Positions 39,101 through 49,265 of a stretch of DNA of 64,000 nt are shown piece by piece (positions within the stretch are counted from its first letter, which is position 1; each line of letters begins with the position of its first letter). The notes below the pieces were generated by a model. It had not been told where the DNA came from and did no database searches. It saw only the letters and a program-made list of their open reading frames with translations. The position numbers and the translations under genes were made by a program. The stretch is from Antedon mediterranea (Eukaryota > Animalia > Echinodermata), in assembly GCF_964355755.1 (NCBI RefSeq), contig NC_092677.1:6532101-6596100 (forward strand), in the 5' to 3' direction.

Positions 39101-41760
39101 CACGTCTAATCAAATGACGTCATGATTAGTAAGAGCAATAATATCATGACAATACAACGATTGTATTGTTTTTATGTATCTTGACGTCATTTCATTGGAA
39201 TTTTAAAAATAATTTTTTTATCAAAGACAGCATAAATGTTTATCCTATAGTTCTAGAACAAAAACCTTTCTAATTTCTTTTGTTAAGTAATAAAAATGCA
39301 TGCTTATATATTTATCGTCCATCGTTATCGTCCTAGTGTAAATGGGCCTTTATGTGAAAGATAGCCGAACTATTTCCTAAATATCACTAAACCTAACTAT
39401 CTAAATAATCTCTATCTCACTATAAAGTAAAAAGAAGTTGCTCATGGGATTCGAACCCCATACATCGACATGTAAAGTCCATAGTCTAATCCACTCTACT
39501 ACACAGACAGCTCGACAGAAAGCGTTTGCATTAGCGAATATTAGTTAGCTCAATTCTTACGTCACACCTTATGTATATGACTAATGAATATTCATGTTTA
39601 TTTTGTGACTTTTTATGAGGGGTCCCCAACTTATGTACGAAAGGAAATATCGCTACCAAGACGCCCTGGTCGTATCTTTATATAATACACAAATATAACT
39701 AGAAAGCCACTCCGAGAGTGCATACCTCCGCCTACTGTAAAATTCTCCTATATAAGATTTCTCCGGTAAAAAAAAATATATATATTATATTTGTGTGTGT
39801 CTTGCTGTTTGTGATTTACGCTAATTTCATTACAAGCATGTGTATGCAAGTTTGGTGTGGTTATGTAACAAGCCTTTCAATTAACAACAGCTTCAGTTGA
39901 CTAACAATAGATCAGCAACGCGAAAATCAAACAAGTGAATTTGAAAAGAAATAGGTTTTGTAAACTATTCGCATCAAAAAACCTGTATATTAAATCAACT
40001 TATGTTTTAAAATTACAAATCACAAATTATAACTCTTGCCTCTTGTACAAAAATGAAGTTTTTTGGACAAGTTGTTCTCGAGAAAATGCAATTTAAGTTT
40101 ACTTGTTAATTTAAGACTGCTCACCGGCTTTTGATAATTCTGTCCTATCTTTTAACACTAGCAGGTCTGAAAATAATTTTTAAAAGTGGTCCAGAATTGG
40201 AACCGTGGTCCGGATTTTAACCAAAATTGGGCGGTGTCGTCCTTGCACCAGGTGACATGTATGGTAGTAATTTGGAGTCATTCGAATCAAAACTGTGAGC
40301 GCTAGAGTGATGACAAACAAACAAACAAACAAACACACAAACCAAACAGATCAACATACTTGGCCAATTTTCAATTTGGCCAAGTAACAAACACACGCTA
40401 CCGATTACATATACCTCTTTGGCGGAGGTAAAAAATACACAATGAGCTGTGGTAGCTGAATACTTAGGAATCATCATACCCATGTTCAATTTAAGATAGA
40501 AATTTACTCCAGTCCACTCAGGTGTGAATGAGAACCTGGTTGAAAAATACGATAAAGGATTCTTTTCCACATCTCGTTAAAATTGTATCTTTGTTTGGTT
40601 TTTTTATAGCTACACCAATTTGATATTTAATTTGATACATTTTTTATGTAATTTGCTTAAGCTGCCCCTGACCAGCATGTTTTCATCTCTTTGTTGTTTT
40701 TTTTATTTAAATATTTTGTATTTATTTTATGCTGGTAAATTAATTAATCGAATATACATAATTTATTGATAAAAATTTATGATGTGGGTTGTCGATGATG
40801 CATGACACATCCTGAATAACGATAGTCACTGATTTATCTAGCACTGGTCACATGGTCAAAATAAGATTAGCTATAGCCAAGTACAGCATGATTAACTGGT
40901 TGAAGATGGTTTGATTCTTAGGTTTATTCAATTGTAATTTAAATATATCCTAACCTTTGGATTTATATACAAATATATACTGTATATAAGATGAGGAAAT
41001 CTGTGTGAATGATAAATAGTTGCTCCAACCCGACTCGGTTGGAGTGACGTTTGTTGGAGTGAATTAATGTTCTGTGCCTGTTTTTTTTATCTCTTCGGAG
41101 ACCCAGCTTTGTGAATAAAGATACTGTAAAGATGAGAGCGTATCAATTTGATCTCTAATGCGCGTGCATACAATTGAGGGACTAGTGTTGTTCCGCCTAA
41201 CCACACGGAGAATGTTAAAAGGAGTCGCTATCCAATCGAGTTTGGGGGCCATGAAAGCCCCAGTGGTCTAATGGTTAGGGCATCTGCATATCAAGCAGAA
41301 TGTTCCCGGTTCGTATCTCGGTTGGGTGACTTTGTCACATTCTTACAGATTTCCTCATCTTAATCATTTCAAATATATATATATATATTTTTATCAGTGC
41401 ACTGGCACTGATGAAGAGCTAGTGTCGCCCGAAATTCTGGCTGTTTTACTTTATCATTTTGATTTAGCTTTTTGTCTATTTTATTTTGTATCTCCATTGA
41501 GATCCAGCCACTGATACCCACAGCATTGTCATTTTTTATACTTTAGATTTATATATTGCTCTATATATAATTTTTTAATGAATTTCAGATTATGTGAATG
41601 AAAGAAAAAAAAAACTAATTGTTTAATTAATTTTTTTTTGTAGTCACTTGATTTACTTCTAAATGAGCTGAGCATATCACTGGATGAAGACTTGGAAGAT
41701 CTTTTTGAATATGAGTATATACAAGAAATGACTGCAAAACATGAAGACCAAACTAGGTGA
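24032..41760 (+). CDS. Uncharacterised ~380-aa protein, 8 coding exons, acidic helical-looking C-terminal two thirds
   Basis: Exons 24032-24129, 25493-25739, 27241-27347, 28037-28238, 29656-29796, 31568-31685, 35228-35340 and 41644-41760 have GT-AG introns with matching phases (2,0,2,0,0,1,0) and sum to 1143 nt with no internal stop. The last exon could instead splice at AG|GTGAT (41756/41757). Confidence 0.8.
25493..25739 (+). CDS. Uncharacterised gene, exon 2 (HHARQGDYPP...QDEAK)
   Basis: tacag|A CAC...AAG|GTATAA; part of ORF 25431-25745. Confidence 0.78.
25905..26172. repeat. 21-bp minisatellite (~12 copies) inside a MITE right-end remnant
   Basis: Unit TATATCACTACCATATTTGGG; ends in TIR-like GTAGACAGAGCT, also seen at 62128-62139. 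Confidence 0.9.
27241..27347 (+). CDS. Uncharacterised gene, exon 3 (NLKIAARDIAVDILEETT...)
   Basis: ttttag|AAT...AG|GTACAC; open frame in the expected phase. Confidence 0.78.
28037..28238 (+). CDS. Uncharacterised gene, exon 4 (LWQIYSED...FLWRN)
   Basis: cttag|A TTA...AAT|GTAAGT; 3' part of ORF 27768-28250. Confidence 0.8.
29656..29796 (+). CDS. Uncharacterised gene, exon 5 (IPEIFTEVFQNDLSDEIY...)
   Basis: tttttag|ATA...AAT|GTAAGT. Confidence 0.8.
30953..31080 (+). mobile_element. tRNA-derived CORE-like SINE fragment
   Basis: A-box-like GTGGCGCAGTG, then GTATCCTTAGGCAAGACACTTTAC...GCCTCTCTCCAC...AAATGGGTACC; same family as the element split at 36078-36712. Confidence 0.65.
31224..31418. 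repeat. ~195-bp foldback with Penelope-like CCGAAACGTCG motif
   Basis: Arms 31231-31292 and 31360-31411 are near-perfect reverse complements; inner hairpin AAACACCAAT / ATTGGTGTTT. Confidence 0.7.
31568..31685 (+). CDS. Uncharacterised gene, exon 6 (LSSMTNFVIDGLQLDHLLMKL...)
   Basis: aacag|TTA...GAT A|GTAAGT. Confidence 0.8.
32267..32747. mobile_element. Unclassified inverted-repeat non-autonomous element
   Basis: TATATAACATCTAAATAGATTCCTGTCATTTGA vs TCAAATGACAGGAATTTATTTAGGTGTTATATA; related fragment at ~24225-24420. Confidence 0.55.
33800..34295. mobile_element. hAT-like MITE
   Basis: TIR TATACCTGCCAA / TTGGCAAGTATA; 8-bp flanks TCTTCTAG / CTTTCTAG. Confidence 0.55.
35228..35340 (+). CDS. 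Uncharacterised gene, exon 7 (TLASELTHLLKLL...PLKRFHENITTDY)
   Basis: tttaag|GT ACT...TAT|GTAAGT; phase 1 start fits exon 6. Confidence 0.78.
36169..36652. mobile_element. Harbinger/PIF-like MITE containing a Deu-type SINE
   Basis: TIR AGCTTGGTTCCCACTAG / CTAGTGGGAACCACGCT; TAA/TTA flanks. Confidence 0.8.
36198..36510 (+). mobile_element. tRNA-headed Deu-domain-like SINE, apparently full length
   Basis: A box TGGCCGAGCGG, B-box-like GGTTCGAGGC, central GATAAGGACTATAAACCGTAGGTCC...TTAAAGAACC...GTAGGGGGTTACCCCGGTG, (AAAC)n tail. Confidence 0.75.
36935..37168 (-). mobile_element. Deu-type SINE copy, inverted
   Basis: Reverse complement of 36200-36420. Confidence 0.75.
37170..37778. repeat. 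Pyrimidine-rich minisatellite, ~10-bp subunits (GTCTTCTATG) in 39/49-bp higher-order units
   Basis: Repeating GGCCTTCTTAGTCTTGTATGGTCTTCTTTAGTCTTCTAT(GGTCTTCTAT). Confidence 0.92.
38183..38580. mobile_element. Harbinger/PIF-like MITE (~400 bp), copy 1
   Basis: TIR AGGCCCATTTACACTAG / CTAGTGTAAATGGGCCT; TAA/TTA flanks; imperfectly palindromic body. Confidence 0.85.
38915..39653. mobile_element. MULE-like MITE hosting Harbinger MITE copy 2
   Basis: TIR (A/G)CGAT...TTTCGTACAT(T/A)AGTTGGGGACCCCT; 9-bp flanks TACCAGGAT / TACCAAGAC; same family as 50675-53337. Confidence 0.7.
38953..39349. mobile_element. Harbinger/PIF-like MITE, copy 2
   Basis: TTA|AGGCCCATTTACACTAG ... CTAGTGTAAATGGGCCT|TTA; highly similar to 38183-38580. 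Confidence 0.85.
39697..40435 (-). mobile_element. Helentron-associated non-autonomous element (HINE/DINE-1-like)
   Basis: On the minus strand: T-run, subTIR ACCTCCGCC, (GTTT)n microsatellite, 3' subTIR GGCGGAGGT, hairpin CACTCTCGGAGTG, then CTAGTT. Confidence 0.7.
41257..41329 (+). pseudogene. tRNA-like sequence (anticodon ATC) inside a foldback repeat; probably not a functional tRNA
   Basis: D arm GTCTAATGGTTAGGGC, anticodon stem TCTGC/GCAGA, T loop TTCGTAT; acceptor stem mismatched at pairs 1-2. Confidence 0.6.
41644..41760 (+). CDS. Uncharacterised gene, exon 8 (SLDLLLNELSISLDEDLEDLFEYEY...TR*)
   Basis: ttttgtag|TCA...AGG TGA. Confidence 0.78.
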   Translation, partial: SLDLLLNELSISLDEDLEDLFEYEYIQEMTAKHEDQTR

Positions 41761-44167
41761 TATTGACGGTATGTGTCTTTCTTAGTTCAGTGGCGCAAAT
41801 CGTGCTGCGATGGTAATTTTTCACATAAAAAATGATCTGTTCAGAGGTTGATCACGCTGCCAATCCTTGTCCAATCCATTATTTTATGTCATTCGAGTCC
41901 ATTCTATTGTCACCACAGATTGACATCAATACTTCTATGAATGGATGATTAGTTGGGAACATGAATGCTAGTTGATCATACCCAGTACCGTTTTGATCGT
42001 GCGATCATTCGGAAAACCACCACACAACGTTTGCTGGACGTCCTTCTCGTTGTCGCTTTCCAGTGACCACTGTATCTCTGTATCAAAACCTCTGTGACAA
42101 TTAATGGCATGACTGAAGAGTCACATTTTTCTGACTGTCATCTGTTGTAGCATCATAGAAACGAGGATTTAAAGCGAATGAGCTTTGATTTGAGATTGGA
42201 TTTCCTTGTTTCATTCAAGGCTACTTTTCTCAAAACATCACATTCACAAACACAAACAAGTATACATAAAAAAAGTGCTCCTATCACTGACGCGAATATG
42301 TCTACAGCAACATCTTCAAAACAGGCAGATATAATTTGAACAAAGCCTAAAGTGGGTATTCTGACATTTTGTAGATGGCAGAAACAAACTCCAATTTGTT
42401 AATTTATTAGGAAAATGCCTTCCTTGACAGACCTTGTCAATTGAAAGTACATCGTGCATCTTCCAGCTATCACTCAACAAATTGAATTGCCAAAGGCTGT
42501 GTGTGAGTTAAGATGTAGTTATTGATATGGTGTTGGGTTACCAGTAATTTTATTTAATTGCTTTTAAATATATTCATTTACACCAAATGCTGTTAATGTC
42601 CACTTAGAGTTAGTCCCATGGAGGTCTGGCTATAGAGATGTCCCCATAGTGGCTACTTCCATTATATAAACAATATATACAAAATGGTATTAACAGAGTT
42701 TTTACACTATACATTTTATTAAATTAAAGAAAAGCTATTAAAAAAGCAAAATATTTGTTTGATATCCACATAAAGGTGTCTCCACAGAGGTCAAGCCATT
42801 AGAGGTCAAGCCATTAGAGGTGACCCAATTGGAAGTCTCTTCACACTTTAATAAATATACGAAATTGTATTGACAGTTAGGAATGTTGAATAATAAACAA
42901 GAAATATTTCTTACAAAAAACGCTTATTGACGTAACAGTTTTAAAGATATATTGTCCCTCTGAAAAATATTTTTCTTTTCTCTTTTTATAATGTGAATTT
43001 TGTTACAGAAGTGAATAACTTTGATATGAAACAGACTCAATTTAGTTTATTTTATTGCTAAGGTCAAGTCTGGAGGTCACTTCATCACGCCTTAGATACT
43101 TCAAGTGTGAAGTATCATATTACAAACAAAAACTATCATGGACTGTTTTGATAATAATTCTGACAGCCAAATACAGTATTGTCATGGGACTCATAAATAC
43201 CAGAAATACAGTTGGTACCTATAAATTATAGTCAGTTTCCATTTTAACAAAAATGTCAAAGTGTAGTACTATAACTGCTGCTTGATTTCATCTAATAAAT
43301 GAGTCATCTCGTGTGACGTAGCGGGCTAGAGCAGCAGCGTGAAAATATATACTTTATAATTAATTATACATAATTTTCTCAAAGCAGTATAAAACAAAAT
43401 ATTTTAGCATCAATCTAGTTGTAACATTGTTAATAGTGTTTGTTTATATCCACTTGTGACTCAATGGAGCTCTATGATACAAGTGTTAATTAATTAATGT
43501 ATTTATTTTTATTTATTCAGTGCATTACATTAAGACATTTCAATGTGTACTGCACAGTAGAGAATTTAAAAATAAAAAAAACACAAAACACAGTACACAT
43601 TTTAATTATTATTATTATAATTTAATTATTTTTTTTATTCAGTATAAATATGCAAAAGAAAAACAAAACCGACACAGCGGTGACATGAGGCAAAACAAAA
43701 TAAATTAAATTCTCAACACAGTACAAATTGATGACATTTAAAAAGTTAAGAATTATAAATAAATGTTCACTGCAAAGGAAAACAACTTAACTATTATGGT
43801 ATTGACATTTTTTAATTTTCACCATGAAAATGAAAAACATACGTTTGCTCAAGGTTATTAAAAACATTATTATAAATAAAATATTATTGTTATTATAAGA
43901 TTATTTTAGCACCAAACTAGTGTGATCGCCATTAATAATAGAATATGTCATTGTAGAGTTTATGATGTTTACCAAAAAACAAAAACAATCTAGATTTGTT
44001 TTCATCATTCAAATTATCATCAGGCTACAGATAACAGCTGATTATTTCCAGTATTTGCATTATTGATTTTAAACTTTTTTAGATATTAAAAATTAAAACA
44101 GCATTGCAACAATATTTAGACATTTTTGTCAATCTATATTTCATCGGATTGCAACGTAAGGTCAATT

Positions 44168-44470
44168 GTATTGTCCCCCAAAAACATTAAAAATGAAGAT
44201 TAATTAAATCAGACTTTGAATAGGTTATTTTTTAGTTTTAATAAAGTTAATCTCTTCCGTAGAAAAAAAAACAAAAACAAAAATGTTTTCACTTATAGAA
44301 TAACATAAATGGTTAAATTCAACCAAAAATCCGTTGCCTGGCAGCCGTTTTTTTCTTTAAATTAAAGTTTTTTTTAGCTAAATAAATGTTGTTTAGATCC
44401 AATTCTTGGTTGAAAGTGGATAACTATTAGGCCTATGTGACATTAAAATTATATATTCAACAAAAAAATG
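44168..44470. mobile_element. Kolobok-like element fragment
   Basis: GTATTGTCCCCCAAAA...ACTTTGAATAGG...ATAACTATTA...TGTGACATTAAAAT aligns with 13059-13410. Confidence 0.55.
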
Positions 44471-44741
44471 CAAAAAATTAACGTTGGTAGAGCAACATTA
44501 GCAAATTTTCGTTTCGATACGCATTATGTAATATTTTGCACATCCATTATGTTTCAGAGAGCGTGTGCAGAATGACTCGACAGCTGTGTGCTCGCTTGGC
44601 GCGTCGGGAAAACTAAACATCGTTACTGAGACCTCTTGCTTTTTACATGATGAATGAATGTTACCGAAAATAAGACTGATAGTTGTATAAGGTTTGAATA
44701 ATAGAGCTATAAATGTAAACTTTCATATTCAACTAAATTAT

Positions 44742-45156
44742 TACGTTGACAATTTCTACGTTGAATCAACGTTGAAATATACGTTTCCCGACGTTATTTC
44801 AAAGTTACTTATTACGTTGTTTCGACGTTGATAATTACGTTAAATAAACGTTTTCCGACGTTATTTCAACGTTACTTATTCTTACGTTGTTTCAATGTTG
44901 ATAATTTCTACGTTAAGTAAACGTTGAAATATACGTTTTCGAACGTTAATTCAACGTTACTTATTGTTACGTTGTTTCAACGTTGAATCAACTTTATATT
45001 TTTGTTAATGCTAACTTCATCAATCTTCCGACGTTATGTCAACGTTACGTTGTTTCAACGTTGATAATTTCAACATTGAATACACTTGACATTTTTATTA
45101 ATACTAACTTTCATTTTCAACAATTAACGTTAATTTAACAAGTTTGTGTCCACTAG
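44742..45156. mobile_element. CAACGTTG-rich subterminal repeat cluster, EnSpm/CACTA-like non-autonomous end
   Basis: Many ACGTTG(A/T)(A/T)TCAACGT motifs ending in TTTGTGTCCACTAG; partner end not found. Confidence 0.5.
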
Positions 45157-48100
45157 AACATACCATATTTACTAACTGAATACAGTATTACAATAAATAT
45201 AGTAACAATAATAAAAAAATATTTGTTTTCACAGTATTAATTAATAAACTTGTAAAGTAATTGAATTATATTAGTATTTGTATTAAATATATTAAACTGG
45301 TACCTAAAATGATGGTTTATTGCTTGATATAAAATCTTTTGTATGATCAGAGAAGCAGCACTGACGAGTCCAGTGTTCCGTCGAGTCTCGTCCTACGACG
45401 CTGTATTTAAACAAATCAGTTATTTAACTGACTTTATTATCTTATTATCTATACTGGGTAGATCCTATCTCAAAAGTACCCACAGAACCAATCACTGTAT
45501 AACTAATTGGCCTGAACTAATAAACTAATATTTAATCAACCGAATTGCCTGTTAAAGCGAGAGTTTAAAATAGTTAACTTTTCATAGGTACATCCGATAT
45601 AAACCGATTTGATGAACACTAATACGCGAGAAAAATGTCACTAGAATCAATTATGCCTATTTTTAAATAGGCGTAATTGATTCTAGTAAACATGTTATTA
45701 AGTAAACTCTAGTGTTTGCAAACGCTCGATTTTGCGCTTAAAGAACATCTTGCCCGAGGCAATATACAATAAAAAAAATTAACATTTATATTTTTTACGA
45801 TTTATTTACAAAGTGTGTGTACTAGAAATTTTCGCGATTTGCCAGACATTGTCAGAAAACTCATGACGTCAATTTGCGATGCACCTGTGACTTCACAGCA
45901 ATTTACGGCGACGGCTGTGCGGCGATATCCTTAATCTCGCGATGGTTCTGAAATCATACATCCCTAATACGTTGTTAAAATATAGTCCTCGGAAAAGTTG
46001 TCCTTTAATAGGCATGTCCATCTACACTGATTAGTTTCTAGCCCCAAAGTACCCGCAGAAACAACTATTACCAACCAACCAATATACTGGGCTTAAGCCT
46101 TGTTAACCAATGGATTAAACTGATAAACAGAATTAAATGAGAGATGTCATTACAGTATATAATTATTATAACGAGATGATGGTAAAATATTCAGAAATGC
46201 CGGAGGCCATCACCGCCTAATGATTGTTTATTTTTTGAAAATAAATATTATAATGAGATGTGCGTGTAGAATGAATTATGCATATTATATTTATTAACAA
46301 TATAATATTTGTTTGATAATAATATCTTAGCATGGAACAATTTTGCATGCGATGCGAAGATCCAATATGTTTACAATATGCTTTATACATTTAAATATTC
46401 ACTTTTTTGGTTGGTTAAGCTAAGGATGTTTATGTTTGAATACAAAGAAATCCGATAGCATAATGCTGCTCCTTTGTAACAATATTTTGTTTCCTACGCT
46501 GTAATTATGTTCCCTTTTTTTGGACGGTTAGGGTGTTTTTTGGGGGTTTTTAATTGTAAATGCAAAATCAATAATAGTATATTTACAATTTTTGGATTGT
46601 TAAGAATGTTTATTTTTATGGTGTTTAATTGTTTAAAAAAACCTATATATTGTATCTTACATGATTTTTACACTTATATTCAATCTATTAAAAACCTATA
46701 ATGCCCATTTACACGTGTATTAACAATTCAATTCATCATTTTGTTTGAGAGGCTTTTTTATAGTATGACAATAATTGTGATAACTACTGTATGCAGACTC
46801 ATATCTTAGAAGAAGTAGAAGAAATTCACGAATTTTGTGTGGACTTTTTGGCATTTATGTATTATCTATTTACCGTGCAGGATGTGTTTATATATTTTGC
46901 TGTGCGAAACCGTATCTTGTTCAAAATACAATACATTTCTAATTAGATAGTAATTGTAATCCATTAAATATAGATAAGCTCCGTCAATGTAAAAGTAGTC
47001 ATGCGGCAGTAAACAATACTCCAATACTCCGCGAGTTTTTTTTACAGTATCTGTATAAATACTACTGCCGGATACCGTATCGCCTGAGGCATTCCAGCTA
47101 TAATACATACATACATATAATATAACAATTAAAATGAAAAGGAAACCGATGTTTCAGGCACCTACCAAATTATAAAGTATCGTAATACCATGTGGTTACA
47201 AGTTTACTGCAAATTATTCATATTGTGGACTTTTTCAATTGTCTTCTTTTTTTTGTTTGTGAAGATGATAGTATTAATTTACTATTAATAACAGTTTGAG
47301 TAGCCTACTTTCATTATTGAAAGATAATCGTTTCAATACTATATTGCAGAAATTGAATACTGCATAAAAGCTAGATCAAGACGGTATTAAACAGCCAGAA
47401 AGAAATAATATTTTCCAAGTCTATAATCACATGACATAATCCAAAGAGCAAGATTATTATTGCTCTTAATAAACATTACGTCATTTGATTGGATTGGATT
47501 CACCAGAGGCTGCGTCACAGTTCGTTATATGATACACCACATGGGATAGGCCTACAGCACCGCGAATCAGGTGAAGGGTATTTTGTCTTTGAAAATATAT
47601 ATCTTTAAAATCACAAACATTTCCTCTCTCATCTGTTTGAAGCCTCTTTATACTATGAAAATATCGATTTGCTGTCGTCATCAACAGCTGCAGACTTGTT
47701 CAACGAAAATTCTATATTATCCTACAGTTATATTGTCAGTATTATTTAAAATATCGCGTTTTACATATCCACGATCGCTTACAACCTCAGGGTTCTTTAA
47801 AATAAACGTGACGTCGATCTTCAAAATTATTCAATATTTTGAGAAACCCAAACCCGTGTATAAACAGAGGTACGGTTCCAGCTATTCAAGAAAAGTCTGG
47901 CCTTCGGTCTCCCGCTTCTTCCCAAGCATATCGGCAGACAGCATGTGTGGACGTGCGTGTGTATTGGATCAGCGCGCAGACTTTTATTGTTTTTTGCCTT
48001 CGAATGAAATAGTAATAATAAAGTCGTGTGTACGAAACACGTATACGTAAGCACGATAAAGAACAGATCATTATTTTTTTCTTCAAAAAGTAGGGTAGCC

Positions 48101-48995
48101 GCGTCACACTTGATTGCTATCGGATAGACATGATAGTGCAGTACACGGGGGTTTCGACACGAATTTCCCCAGTTCGTATGGTCAGAAGATTGTGCCATAT
48201 AATTCTAATAGATAAGTTTGTAGCCTAATGAAACAATTGTTTATTTACCTTTATTTGATTTAAAACGCACGTAAACAAAATGTTTAGAATAAAAGAAACA
48301 ACCTTTATCATAAATAATATGAATTTATTTTATTCGTTTTTAAATTAAACTAATAACTAGGTATGTTGCATGCGAAAGAAACATCTTAAACTACTACGGG
48401 TAAGAAATATAGTATTTAATGTTTTTTCTGTCATATAAAGATAATTTTAAAATGATGATTTTTTTTTGTGGAAAACGTAATAAATAAAATTCCCTTCTGT
48501 CAAAACTAAAAACGTCAACAAAAATGGATCAAACTAAGCGCACCAAGATAATAACTTAAGATGTCGTCATCATAAAACCGAACGTCTGCAGCGAGATAAT
48601 GAGAAAACATATCGTATTTTACAATCCCCCGTCTTTCATGATAATCGTACATTTTCCAGTTGATGATACCAAGAACCGTCATTACGTAATGAATTTAAGC
48701 ATAACCGAAAACGTTTGTTTTTTTATATACAGTACTTTGCATAGGCATAATTACTTATTATCAGGATTTGAAATTAGGCGGTTTTTGAAAAAGCTTCTGT
48801 TTATGCTAAATCGTCTTCATTGCTTTTTGTAGGCTCTATTAAAAATTGCAGTAAAATGTATTTAAATGAGGAGATTAGAAAAGCAGGAAAGCCCTGAGCC
48901 AAACAATTATCTTCCATCTCCTCATCACCGCACATTCTAATGAGACACGGATGAGTTGACGTCAATTAAGTATGTTCCTCAATGGGCTAGTCTTA

Positions 48996-49265
48996 AGGCC
49001 AATTTACACCGACGAGTTGTAACGGTAAAACTAAAAAGACGAGCGGAAAAATGCGTGCTTGTCCCACGTAACATCTGGCTGGTTTCCGCGTAAAATTTGT
49101 ATCTATACTAAGATGGTTTCCGATTAACCACCCGTTTGCTCTGCGTTTTGTGTAAATGGTCATAAGAAATGTTGTGTACATAGCCATAAGAAATAACATG
49201 GCCAAATTAGGCCTATGTTGTTTGTTCTCCGCTTACCGTTACCGCTCGTCTGTGTGAATTGACCT
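48996..49265. mobile_element. Harbinger/PIF-like MITE
   Basis: TTA|AGGCCAATTTACACCGACGAG ... CTCGTCTGTGTGAATTGACCT|TTA. Confidence 0.7.

Noticed and set aside
41257-41329. Functional tRNA-Asp(ATC)
   Set aside because: Acceptor and T stems have mismatches, the anticodon is atypical and it sits within a repeat.
45355-45405. CTGACGA hammerhead-like core
   Set aside because: No GAAA after stem II and the stems do not pair well.
47571-48050. 159-aa plus-strand ORF as a gene
   Set aside because: Non-ATG start, no recognisable domain and no supporting splice structure on that strand.
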